From positions 160-64,159 of the forward strand of contig SCTI01000002.1 of assembly GCA_004297735.1 (NCBI GenBank): DNA of 64,000 nt. The letters run 5' to 3'. Within the stretch, counting starts at the first letter, position 1; every line of letters starts with the position of its first letter. This DNA is from Patescibacteria group bacterium. Lineage in GTDB: Bacteria; Patescibacteriota; Saccharimonadia; UBA4664; SCTI01. Below the pieces are notes generated by a model. It was not told the origin of the DNA. It saw only the letters and a list, made by a program, of their open reading frames with translations, and ran no database searches. The position numbers and the translations under genes were made by a program. Positions 49,264-58,460 of the stretch are shown here, piece after piece.

Positions 49264-50635
49264 AGCGGCGCCTGGCCCAGACTAAGCCAGCCAGCGAAAC
49301 CGCCATTGCCGCCGCGCCGGCCAAACTTAATATAACTGCGTTGTCGCCGGTAGCAGCTAGGCTAGATGAGCTGGCGGCGGATCCGCTGTTGGTTGTAGCC
49401 GCAGGGGCGGTACTGGTAGCTGCTGGCGCAGACGAACTAGCCACCGGCTCCGGCGTGGCAGCTGCCACAGCTACCACCAGGGTTAGCTGAGTTTGCCCAA
49501 CTGTAGCACCGCTACCATCGGTCGCCACTACGGTAACCTGATGCTGACCGTTGGCGATGCTCTGATCAGCGGTTACGGTCCAGTTACCACTCGAGTTCGA
49601 GGTGGCCTTAAACGACTTGCCGTCAACCGTAACGGTAACGGTAGAGTTTGGCTCGCTGGTACCGCTAAAGACCGGGTTAGCAGTGGTCACGTTGGTGGGA
49701 TTAGCTACGGCTACTCCGCTCACCGACTGTACCGCGGTAGCCTTGGCGGCCGCGGCCTGCACGATAAAGGCTGGCGTGGTGCTGGTGGCACCACCAAACT
49801 GAACCCACTCGCTAGCCTGATCGCCAACCTTAGCCCTGGCCTGCCACTGATACTGGCCATCATCGAGATTATCCACCGTCACACTTGGATTGAGATTGCT
49901 GCCATTAGCCGAAACCGCCGAGCCGGTATGAGTGGCCTCACCAGTAAACGGAGTGCCAATCGGTCGGACCTCAACCTCGGGCGTAACCGAGCCGCTGTTG
50001 GCATCGGTCTCAATAGTAAAACTAAGCTTAACGCTCTTTTGCTGTACCGTCCCACCGGCTGCCACCGCTTCACCGCTGGCGGTGAGCTGCTTTAAGCTGG
50101 TCGGATTAACCGCCTCAACCTCTTTAGTTGGGGCCTTGGGCTGCTCTTTTTTGGGCTGATTTAAAAACCACCAGCCAATCGCGGCGCCAACCGCAACCAG
50201 TAGTAAGACAATTAAGCCGACAACCAGCGGCCAGCGACGCTTAGGCGGCTCGGGAGCGTTTGGTACCGGTCGCGGTTCTGGTGGAGGTGGCGGAGTTTCG
50301 GCAGGCGTAGGCGCTGGGGCCGGCTTAGGGGTAGCCTCAGGAGCCTTTTTGGCGGCCGCCCTTACATACGAAGCCTTTGGCGCGGTGCTCATGCTGGTAG
50401 CTAGCGGCGTTTGGTTTACCGGGTTAGGAGCCGGGACCGGGCGGGCATGAAAAGCGCTCGCCTCATAGGCGTTGGCACTGGTGGTATTAATCTGATTGTT
50501 GGTACCCGATCCATTCAGCAGATTCATCCGCGGATTATTGGTTGGATTCGGGGTACCGCTGGTAAGTGAATCCATACTCCGTCCGTTATCACACGTACTT
50601 GAATTAAGCATAGCAATAACCATAAGCAGATTCAA
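49247..50635 (-). CDS. Cell-surface protein with Pro-rich region, TM signal-anchor, Ig-like beta-rich repeats and C-terminal LAATG sorting signal
   Basis: ..SSSLAATGDNAVILSLAGAAAMAVSLAGLVWARRRYATFF at C-terminus (LAxTG + hydrophobic + RRR). Confidence 0.65.
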   Translation of the reverse strand: MNLLMVIAMLNSSTCDNGRSMDSLTSGTPNPTNNPRMNLLNGSGTNNQINTTSANAYEASAFHARPVPAPNPVNQTPLATSMSTAPKASYVRAAAKKAPEATPKPAPAPTPAETPPPPPEPRPVPNAPEPPKRRWPLVVGLIVLLLVAVGAAIGWWFLNQPKKEQPKAPTKEVEAVNPTSLKQLTASGEAVAAGGTVQQKSVKLSFTIETDANSGSVTPEVEVRPIGTPFTGEATHTGSAVSANGSNLNPSVTVDNLDDGQYQWQARAKVGDQASEWVQFGGATSTTPAFIVQAAAAKATAVQSVSGVAVANPTNVTTANPVFSGTSEPNSTVTVTVDGKSFKATSNSSGNWTVTADQSIANGQHQVTVVATDGSGATVGQTQLTLVVAVAAATPEPVASSSAPAATSTAPAATTNSGSAASSSSLAATGDNAVILSLAGAAAMAVSLAGLVWARRRYATFF

Positions 50636-50721
50636 GGGCTTTTAAGCGTTTTTTAATGATTACACACATTAAAAAACCGGCCGCCTAGCCGGAATCTTAA
50701 TAGCTTTGATTAATCGGCTAG

Positions 50722-51039
50722 CTAAGCCGACTTAGCCTTACCAATTGAGGTGACCTTAATCTGGGTGTAGCGCTGACGGTGACCGGTCAACTTTTTAACC
50801 CGCTTTTTGGCCTTAAACTTGAGCACCTTAATCTTATCGCCCTTGGTCTCGCCCAAGACCTCAGCCGCTACGACCACGCCCTTAACTCGAGGCGCGCCTA
50901 CCTCAACCTTATCGCCATCAATTACCATTAAAGGCTCAAAGGTCAGTTTTTTGGCGTCATCAGATACCAGATCAATTTCTAGGGTCTGGTTTGGCTCAAC
51001 TAAATGCTGTTTGCCGCCGGCTAAAATTACTGCTTGCAT
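50722..51039 (-). CDS. rplU: 50S ribosomal protein L21
   Basis: MQAVILAGGKQHLVEPNQTLEIDL... typical L21. Confidence 0.85.
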   Translation of the reverse strand: MQAVILAGGKQHLVEPNQTLEIDLVSDDAKKLTFEPLMVIDGDKVEVGAPRVKGVVVAAEVLGETKGDKIKVLKFKAKKRVKKLTGHRQRYTQIKVTSIGKAKSA

Positions 51040-51109
51040 GGGTATATAACCACTTAAATAACCTCACCACTATAACCAAAATCTTCAGGTTTGTAAAGAA
51101 GTAAAGGCG

Positions 51110-52222
51110 CTACGACCCAAACTGAATCTTTTTACGCCTAATCGCGATCGATTCCAGAAGGCCGACTGCGATTAGCGACACCAACAAGCTGGTGCCTCCG
51201 TAGCTGATAAATGGCAGTGGAATACCGGTCACCGGCATCAGCCCAATATTCATACCAATATTAATAAACAGGTGGAACAGCAGCATGGTGACCACGCCGA
51301 CCGCTACAAACACCCCAAAACGATCTTCGGCTCTTGAAGCAATGTAGATCCCGCGTAGCAACAGTACGGTAAATAGCAGTAGCACGATCAGGCCGCCAAT
51401 AAATCCCATTTTTTCGCTTAACACCGCAAAAATAAAATCGGTGTGTTGTGATGGTAAAAAGTTAAGTTGCGACTGACTACCGGCGGCCAACCCGCGCCCG
51501 TACAGCTGCCCACTACCCACCGCGATCGTAGACTGAACCACGTTGTAGCCGGTGCTAAGCGGGTCGGCGGTTGGGTTTAAGAACACCTCTAGACGGGCGC
51601 GCTGGTACGGTTTAAGCACAAACTGGATAAAGATTGGCAGGCTTACCACGGCGGCACCAAACAGCGCCGCAAAGTAGGTCCAGCGCACCTGGGCCATTAT
51701 CGCCATTACCAGCCAAATAGCACCAAACACTAGGGCCGTTCCTAGGTCTGGCTGAGCCAACACCAGCAGGCCAGGGACCGCCACATACAGTAACGAGATC
51801 GCCACCGGGCGAATTCGATCCATTGAGTCATAGTTGGCACTAAAGTACTTAGCCAACACCAAGATCATCACAATCTTAGCGAACTCCGATGGCTGAAACT
51901 GGAAAAAGCCAAGATCAATCCACCTGGTAGCACCCAGGGCAGTCTTGCCCAATACAAAAACCGCCAACAAGCTGACCAACATCGCCACATACAAAACCGG
52001 GGTAACCTTGCTCCAGCCACGGTAGTCCATGCGCGCCGCAAGCCCGAACCCAACCAACGCAATAACTAAAAAATAAACTTGGTGAGCAGCGTCCACCGGC
52101 GCAACCAAGTTAGCCGCCTTAAACGAGGTTGAGTAGATTACCACCACCCCCACAAGAGACAGTGCAAGCGCTGCGCCAAACAGCACCCAATCAAAGTTTT
52201 TCCAGAACCGCGACTTAAACAT
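51110..52222 (-). CDS. SEDS family peptidoglycan glycosyltransferase (RodA/FtsW)
   Basis: 370 aa, 10-TM SEDS topology and motifs; RodA vs FtsW not resolved. Confidence 0.8.
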   Translation of the reverse strand: MFKSRFWKNFDWVLFGAALALSLVGVVVIYSTSFKAANLVAPVDAAHQVYFLVIALVGFGLAARMDYRGWSKVTPVLYVAMLVSLLAVFVLGKTALGATRWIDLGFFQFQPSEFAKIVMILVLAKYFSANYDSMDRIRPVAISLLYVAVPGLLVLAQPDLGTALVFGAIWLVMAIMAQVRWTYFAALFGAAVVSLPIFIQFVLKPYQRARLEVFLNPTADPLSTGYNVVQSTIAVGSGQLYGRGLAAGSQSQLNFLPSQHTDFIFAVLSEKMGFIGGLIVLLLFTVLLLRGIYIASRAEDRFGVFVAVGVVTMLLFHLFINIGMNIGLMPVTGIPLPFISYGGTSLLVSLIAVGLLESIAIRRKKIQFGS

Positions 52223-52467
52223 TAAGTTCTATTATACGCGGTAAGCCGGGTCAACAAAATCTACCAAGACCCTGGTGGAACTGTTGGGGCGCCTCTCTAA
52301 CCCAGATTCTGGCAGATAGCAGTTTTACACGCTATTTGCAGGGTGGGCATTTGACTATCGGATGGCGCTTTGCGCATGCTGAAGACCCACCGATCGGTGG
52401 GTCCCGAGGTCCACTGGCAAGGGGACGCGGGGCAACGTACTACAACCCCGCAAAGGAGGTGGAGTAC

Positions 52468-52653
52468 ATGGGAAAGCCAAAGTTCGACACCCAGTCGAAC
52501 AACTCGAATGCGTGGGTCGGTGTCCGCGAAGGTCAGGACAGATCATCCGGCAAGACGCATACCGAGATCATCGTGCATGACAAGAGCAACAACGATCACG
52601 CTCACGTCGGCATCGATAAGAGCGGCAATCAGATATATCGCCGTGATCGCTAA
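52468..52653 (+). CDS. Hypothetical small polar protein (61 aa)
   Basis: SD AAAGGAGGTG 7 nt before ATG (MGKPKFDTQSNNS...); GC hairpin after stop. Confidence 0.45.
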   Translation: MGKPKFDTQSNNSNAWVGVREGQDRSSGKTHTEIIVHDKSNNDHAHVGIDKSGNQIYRRDR

Positions 52654-52699
52654 ATAGCGACACCGAGGCCCTTCCGGCCTCGGGCCGGGAGGGCCTCAT

Positions 52700-53026
52700 C
52701 TATACGCGGCGCGTCAGGCCATCCTCGCGAGCTACTCCCTCACCGAACGCCGATGCAATCGCGCTGTAGCGCGCGAGGAGCACCAGAGCGTTCGCAATCT
52801 CGCCATGCTCAGCCGGTACGAGAAACTCTCGCATCCACGCTGAGTTCGGAGTCGCAGCCATTATGTCCGCGAGCACAGCAGCCTCTTCGGGATCTGCTGC
52901 CGCCCAACGATCACGAATCAGCTTCGAAGCTTGATCGATCGATCGGTCATCGAAGTCGTCCTCGTCGAAGCGACGGCGCATTTCATCGCGCAGCTCGACC
53001 AAGTCTTGTAATTCACTGTTACCCAT
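52700..53026 (-). CDS. Hypothetical acidic protein (108 aa), islet cargo
   Basis: ORF with G/C-rich third positions; divergent from recombinase gene. Confidence 0.45.
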   Translation of the reverse strand: MGNSELQDLVELRDEMRRRFDEDDFDDRSIDQASKLIRDRWAAADPEEAAVLADIMAATPNSAWMREFLVPAEHGEIANALVLLARYSAIASAFGEGVAREDGLTRRV

Positions 53027-53268
53027 GGCTTTATTGTCGAACAGGCCAGCGACTCATGCAAGCACGAGCGTGTCCAATCGCCCGTCCGATCGCGTCAGAG
53101 TGCTCGCTCCTGAACTTCCCGCATTCAGGCGCTTTCCGCTCGATTAAGGCCTAGGACTATCTAGGGCCCTTTGCCCTCCCTTACTACAAACGCCTCCAGA
53201 TCTGGCAAAATACGTATTGGCTTAACTACTGATACGAGCTAAGATCCTTAACGAAAGGAGGTGCACAT

Positions 53269-55002
53269 ATGAGTGAAAGTGATAAAACTGTGACTCTCGC
53301 TCAAGCGCCCAAGAAGGCGCTGGTGTATCTCCGTGTGTCCTCGGCCCAGCAGGCCGAGACCGACTACGACGTTGAGGGCTTCTCGATCCCAGCTCAGCGC
53401 GAGGCCTGCAGGCGCCGTGCCGCGGAGCTAGAAGCTGAGGTCGAAGCAGACTTCGTCGATCGCGGCGAGTCGGCCAGAAGCGCTGACCGCCCAGCCCTGC
53501 AACGGATGCTGGCCAGGCTTGAAGCCGGCGGCATCGATTACGTCATCGTCCACAAGCTGGATCGACTGGCGCGTAACCGGGCCGACGACGTCGAGATCGC
53601 GATGCGGATCAAGGCAGGCGGTGCGGTGCTGGTCTCCGTCACCGAGAACATCGATGAGACGCCATCCGGGATGTTGGTTCACGGAATCATGTCCTCGATC
53701 GCCGAGTTCTATAGCCGCAACCTGGCCTCAGAGATCGTCAAAGGCTCCCGGCAGAAGGCCAAGAACGGCGGCACGCTGACCCGGGCGCCCATTGGGTACC
53801 TGAACGTGCGCGAGTTCGTAGATGGCCGCGAGATCCGCACTATCGGTATCGACGAGGAACGAGCGCCGTACGTGCAGCTGGCGTTCGAGCTCTACGCCAC
53901 CGGCAACTACTCGCTGTCGCAGCTCTCCACGCTGCTCGAACACCAGGGGCTGCGTTCCCGGGCTACTCGCCGGCGGCCGAGCGTCCCGGTCACGGCCAGC
54001 AAGCTTCAGGCGATTCTGCGCAACCCGTACTACAAGGGCATCGTCTCCTACCAAGGCGAGAGCTTCCCCGGTCGGCATCAGCCGCTCGTTGACGACGATC
54101 TGTTTGAGCGAGTCGGCCAAGTCCTCTCCGGCAAGAAGCTCAGTGGCGAGCGGGACCGCAAGCACCGTCACTACCTCAAGGGCTCGCTCTACTGCGGCGA
54201 GTGCGGCCGCCGTCTGACGTTCAGTCGCAACACCGGCAATGGTGGCTCCTACGACTACTTCGTCTGCAGTGGCAAGCAGCGCAAGACCTGCAGCCAGGGA
54301 TATCTGCGCACCGATCACATCGAGGCTGAGGTCGAGAAGCTCTACGCGACAGTCCAGCTGACGACCAAGCAGCGCGCAGAGATCCGCCGCCTGGTTGAGA
54401 CACACCTCGATGCCATGCGGGCGGTGACCGACGCCGAAGCCAACAAAGCCACGGCTGAGATCACAAAGCTGCTGCGCGAAGAACGCAAGCTGCTTGAGCT
54501 GTACTACGCAGACCTCGTGAGCCGCGAGGCCTACGCCGAAGAGACCAAGCGGATTGCCGACGGCAAGCGGGCCGCCCAGCGACGTATTGACGAAGCTTCA
54601 GGAACTACACAGGAGCTACTCGAGGCACTCAACCGTGCGCTGGAGATGACAACCAACGCGCACAAGACCTACCTGATGTCCGACTTCACCGGACGCCGCC
54701 TAATGAACCAAATGTTCTTCAAGCGGATCGAGGTCAAGGCCGACGAGATCGATGACGTCAAGCTCTCCGACCCCTACGCCCAGCTACTGGCCCAGGACCT
54801 GCTGGCAGAAGCCGAGGAAGCCGCCAGAGAGGCCGCCGCTACCGGCGTCTGGGAGGCCCCGGAACTTCAGGCCGAACCGGCCACAGGGCCCGGAAACCAA
54901 AGAACCCTCGGCCTTTCTTTGGCCGAGGGTTCCATTAGTACTGCTGTCATGGAGCTGTGGGGATTCGAACCCCAAGCACGAAGATTATCGGTCCTTTGCT
55001 AG
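53269..55002 (+). CDS. Large serine recombinase (resolvase/invertase N-domain + recombinase domain + zinc ribbon + coiled coil)
   Basis: LVYLRVSSAQQ catalytic-Ser motif; CGECGRRL...C..C zinc ribbon; 577 aa; last about 17 codons read into the tRNA-like target sequence; SD AAAGGAGGTG. Confidence 0.85.
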   Translation: MSESDKTVTLAQAPKKALVYLRVSSAQQAETDYDVEGFSIPAQREACRRRAAELEAEVEADFVDRGESARSADRPALQRMLARLEAGGIDYVIVHKLDRLARNRADDVEIAMRIKAGGAVLVSVTENIDETPSGMLVHGIMSSIAEFYSRNLASEIVKGSRQKAKNGGTLTRAPIGYLNVREFVDGREIRTIGIDEERAPYVQLAFELYATGNYSLSQLSTLLEHQGLRSRATRRRPSVPVTASKLQAILRNPYYKGIVSYQGESFPGRHQPLVDDDLFERVGQVLSGKKLSGERDRKHRHYLKGSLYCGECGRRLTFSRNTGNGGSYDYFVCSGKQRKTCSQGYLRTDHIEAEVEKLYATVQLTTKQRAEIRRLVETHLDAMRAVTDAEANKATAEITKLLREERKLLELYYADLVSREAYAEETKRIADGKRAAQRRIDEASGTTQELLEALNRALEMTTNAHKTYLMSDFTGRRLMNQMFFKRIEVKADEIDDVKLSDPYAQLLAQDLLAEAEEAAREAAATGVWEAPELQAEPATGPGNQRTLGLSLAEGSISTAVMELWGFEPQARRLSVLC

Positions 55003-55016
55003 ACCAACTCAGCCCC
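54950..55016 (-). ncRNA. Truncated tRNA-Ala/tmRNA-TLD-like mini-gene (paralog of 40081-40152), 3' CCA region replaced by islet
   Basis: minus sense GGGGCTG-AGTTGGTCTAGCAAAGGACCGATAATCTTCGTGCT-TGGGG-TTCGAAT-CCCCA-CAGCTCC-A; G3:U70; body and T-arm homologous to the 40.08-kb copy. Confidence 0.45.
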
Positions 55017-55144
55017 GCGTAAAAGCCATTGCTACCACCAAGGCATTTACAGTATTTCAAACAGTTATTAACAAAAAATTATCGATTTGACATGGAATGC
55101 AAAAATGTTAATCTATATCTGTACGAGGATTATCGGTCCTACCT

Positions 55145-55173
55145 AAAAAACCGGCCATCATGGCCGGTTTTTT
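55145..55173. terminator. Bidirectional intrinsic terminator (AAAAAACCGGCCA-tca-TGGCCGGTTTTTT)
   Basis: 3' of ileS on minus strand and 3' of islet on plus strand. Confidence 0.75.
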
Positions 55174-55185
55174 AGTGCCTATTTT

Positions 55186-58137
55186 TTAGCTCTTCTTCAA
55201 CGAGATTATCAGCTCTTCCCCATCAACTTTGGTGTGCTGCGTATCCTCAAAGTGATCCGAACCGCTCGTCACCTTCTCCGCCAAAACCTCTTGGGCAATT
55301 GTCGCCTGATGCTCTTTGAGGGCCTCGCTGAGATCTTTTGCTTCACCGACTACGTCAAAGTTGAGCTCGATTCGGTCATCAACTTGGAGACCAGCCCGTT
55401 TACGCAAGTTCTGAACATGGCGAACCACATCGCGCATGATGCCCTCGCGCTTGAGTTCGGGAGTGATAGTGGTGTTAATCTCTACACCTGATTTGTACTC
55501 ACCAGACGCCCTCTCGAACTTGACCTCCTTAACGTTCAGCTCTTCTTTAGCGATATTTAATAAACTTTCTTCCAATGGATCTGTCCACTGCAGCGTAGCC
55601 ATACTGAGTGGCTGACGAACCTTGATACCCGTGCCTCTTGCCCTGAGCTCGAGCCCCTGGGTAATGAGCCTTCGTAGAACGGTCATGCGTTCTAATAAAT
55701 CCTCATCAATCTCCCCGGTCTCCGGCCAGTCGCTCAGATGAACCGAAGCTGGAACGTCCATACCGGCAGTCAGCTCGCGCCACAGCTTATCGGACACAAA
55801 TGGACTCCACGGCGCCAGTAGCTGCGCGATTCGCGCCATGGCGTAATGCAGCGTGGCGTAGGCGGCCTGCTTGTCGCCATCATCCTCACTCTTCCAAAAG
55901 CGGCGGCGACTGCGGCGCACGTACCAGTTAGACAGATCATCGATCAGCTCGCGAATTGGACGGGTCGCCTTAGCGATTTGGTAGGCATCGGCCTGCTTGG
56001 TCGATTCGGCAATGGTTTGGTTGAGGCGAGCGAGTAGCCACTGGTCCAAAATGTTGTCGCTGTCTGGCTGGGTTAGAGTTTTTGGCGGCTGCCAGTTGTC
56101 TACCTCGGCGTAGGTACTAAAGAAGCTATACACGTTCCAGAGTCGAAGGAAAACGTTGCGCGCGGTCTCCTGCACGGCCTCGGACGAAAAACGAACATCC
56201 TCACCGGCCACAACCGGGCTCGACATCAAGAAGAAGCGCAGACTATCGGCACCCTGCGTACTAAAGAGCTCGGCTGGATCGGGGTAATTTTTTAATCGTT
56301 TACTCAGCTTTTTGCCATCGGCGGCCAGGACGAGCCCGTTCACGACCACGTTTTTATAGGCCGGCTTATCCATTAGGGCGGTCCCGAGTACGTGTAGGGT
56401 GTAGAACCAGCCGCGAGTCTGGTCCAGACCTTCGGCAATAAACTCAGCCGGGAAGGCCTTGGCGAAGCCATCTTTATGCTCAAACGGATAGTGATCCTGG
56501 GCGTATGGCATCGCCCCGCTCTCAAACCAACAGTCAAACACCTCTTCGGTGCGTTTGTAGGTTTTACCATCGCGTTTAATAACGATTTCATCAATGCCGG
56601 GACGGTGCAGATCAAACTCTTTATCGTGGCCACTGAGCTCACGGAGTTCGTCGAGACTACTAATGACGATGATGTCCTCAGTATCCTCCACGTTCACCCA
56701 AATTGGTAGCGGCGCGCCCCAGAACCGGTTGCGGCTAAAGTTCCAGTCACGCGCGTCGGCCAGCCAGTTACCAAAGCGACCTTGTTTAATGTGATCTGGC
56801 ACCCAGTTAACCTGGTTGTTGTTGGCGACCAGTTTTTCGCGCAGATCGGTTACCTTAATAAACCAGCTTGGAGTCGCAAAGTACATCAGCGGAGTCTCAC
56901 AGCGCCAGCAGAACGGGTAGGTGTGCTCAAAGGTTTCGGCGGCGAAGATGCGGCCCTTGGCGGTCAGGTCGGCGATAATGTGTGGGTCGGCGTCCTTAAA
57001 GAAGGTGCCAACGATTGATTCCAGGCCGTCAACTTGCTTGAGAGCTTCAACCATGACGCCAAATCCGTCCACGCTTTCGATGAGCGGCAGATTTTCGCGC
57101 TTACCAAGCTCTAGGTCGGTCTCGCCATAGCGCGGCGCGACATGGAGGACCCCGGTGCCGTCTTCAAGGCTAACCGAGTCATCGGCGTAGACTTGATGCG
57201 CATTATTAAGCTGGGCTTCGTCGGTTACTGCGAGCTTATACAGCGGCAGATACCGCTTGCCCACCAAATCGCTTCCTTTGTGCTCTGCGACCACCTTGTA
57301 GTCGGCTTTGCGCAGCTCCAGCTCGCTTAGGCGCTTCTTAGCCAAGATGAGTCGCTCGCCTCGCTTCCACTCCTCACCTTCACCCGAATTGGTCAGCTCA
57401 ACCGTGACGTATTCAGCTTTTACGTCAACCGCCAGAGCAGCGTTAGCTGGCAATGTCCACGGCGTAGTGGTCCAGGCAAGCAGCGAGGTGTTTTCATCAT
57501 CTTTTAATTGGAACTTAACGTAAACGCTGGGGTCGGGCACGTTATCTTTGTAGTTTTGATTAACCTCAAAGTTACTTAAGGTGGTGGCGCAACGCGGACA
57601 GTACGGGCTAGAACGAAAACCGCGGTAAACCAATCCTTTTTCGTGCAGCTGACTCAACACCCACCAGACGCTTTCAATGTAGTTATCGTCCAGGGTGGCA
57701 TAGGAGTTTTCTTGATCGCTCCAGCGACCCAGGCGAGTCATAAACTCTTCCCACTCATTCTTATACTTAAAGACGCTGGCGCGGGCAGCTTCATTAAACT
57801 TATCTACACCAAGCTCCAGAATCTGGCGCTTGCTGGTTATGCCTAGCTGTTTTTCAACCTCATTTTCAACCGGTAAACCATGGGTGTCCCAGCCGTTGCG
57901 GCGCGGGACATAGTAGCCGCGCATGGTTTTATAGCGGGTGATTGAATCTTTTTCGGTCAGAGCCACCACGTGACCATAGTGCGGCAAGCCGTTGGCAAAT
58001 GGCGGGCCGTCATAAAAGCTGAATCGATCGCTGCCCTGACGCTGCTCAACGCTTTGTTCGAAGGTTTTTTCATCCTTCCAAGTCTTGAGCATCTCGGCTT
58101 CGAAGGCGGGAAAGTCGGCTGGCTGGGCTTTTTTCAT
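55186..58137 (-). CDS. ileS: Isoleucine--tRNA ligase (type 2, eukaryote-like)
   Basis: 983 aa; GPPFANGLPHYGH (HIGH) and KLSKR (KMSKS-like); size and N-terminus typical of type-2 IleRS. Confidence 0.9.
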   Translation of the reverse strand: MKKAQPADFPAFEAEMLKTWKDEKTFEQSVEQRQGSDRFSFYDGPPFANGLPHYGHVVALTEKDSITRYKTMRGYYVPRRNGWDTHGLPVENEVEKQLGITSKRQILELGVDKFNEAARASVFKYKNEWEEFMTRLGRWSDQENSYATLDDNYIESVWWVLSQLHEKGLVYRGFRSSPYCPRCATTLSNFEVNQNYKDNVPDPSVYVKFQLKDDENTSLLAWTTTPWTLPANAALAVDVKAEYVTVELTNSGEGEEWKRGERLILAKKRLSELELRKADYKVVAEHKGSDLVGKRYLPLYKLAVTDEAQLNNAHQVYADDSVSLEDGTGVLHVAPRYGETDLELGKRENLPLIESVDGFGVMVEALKQVDGLESIVGTFFKDADPHIIADLTAKGRIFAAETFEHTYPFCWRCETPLMYFATPSWFIKVTDLREKLVANNNQVNWVPDHIKQGRFGNWLADARDWNFSRNRFWGAPLPIWVNVEDTEDIIVISSLDELRELSGHDKEFDLHRPGIDEIVIKRDGKTYKRTEEVFDCWFESGAMPYAQDHYPFEHKDGFAKAFPAEFIAEGLDQTRGWFYTLHVLGTALMDKPAYKNVVVNGLVLAADGKKLSKRLKNYPDPAELFSTQGADSLRFFLMSSPVVAGEDVRFSSEAVQETARNVFLRLWNVYSFFSTYAEVDNWQPPKTLTQPDSDNILDQWLLARLNQTIAESTKQADAYQIAKATRPIRELIDDLSNWYVRRSRRRFWKSEDDGDKQAAYATLHYAMARIAQLLAPWSPFVSDKLWRELTAGMDVPASVHLSDWPETGEIDEDLLERMTVLRRLITQGLELRARGTGIKVRQPLSMATLQWTDPLEESLLNIAKEELNVKEVKFERASGEYKSGVEINTTITPELKREGIMRDVVRHVQNLRKRAGLQVDDRIELNFDVVGEAKDLSEALKEHQATIAQEVLAEKVTSGSDHFEDTQHTKVDGEELIISLKKS

Positions 58138-58420
58138 GGGGTCTCCTGTAGGTCCGACCTAGCAAAGGGTCGGACCTCTTATCTAGTGGGTAATCTTTTG
58201 TTAATCTAGCTTATTCGAGAAAGGTCGGACCCTTTGCTAGGTCGGACCCTAAACACACAAAACCTCTCGTCGGCAGGAGTCCAATGTGGACGGTTCCATC
58301 CTGCTTCCCGAGAGGGCACTTAATTCGCACTTTTTACGCCGTACTCGCGTCTGGTTCTACTTGGTCTAAACCGTTCTTCCAGCTGCTTCGCGGGTGATAA
58401 CCGCTCATGAACCGAGGTTC
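58138..58420 (-). promoter_or_regulatory. ileS leader: T-box riboswitch candidate of the ultrashort-Stem-I type plus 26-bp inverted repeat next to the SD
   Basis: minus sense: GCGG-UUAUCAC-CCGC hairpin with AUC(A) in terminal loop; antiterminator-like GCAGGA-[UGGAACC]-GUCCA-cau-UGGAC-UCCUGC (rc of 58273-58304); then 25/26-bp IR 58151-58176 vs 58223-58248 ending 13 nt before AGGAGA SD. Confidence 0.5.
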
Positions 58421-58460
58421 AATGCATGTGTAATTGTACCCTTACAATACCGGTATTTTA

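Larger units (their letters stand above)
52271..54949 (+). mobile_element. About 2.7-kb high-G+C integrative islet (large serine recombinase + 2 small ORFs) inserted in the 3' end of a tRNA-like mini-gene
   Basis: G+C jump starting about 50 bp upstream of rodA; left edge carries displaced 3'-end-like CAACAGTTCCACCAGG (minus sense) and right edge abuts the truncated tRNA-like gene at 54950. Confidence 0.55.

Noticed and set aside
53728-54405. 225-aa minus-strand ORF and other shadow ORFs (53822-54217, 54752-55090) overlapping the serine recombinase
   Set aside because: All overlap the well-supported recombinase frame and are artefacts of high G+C.
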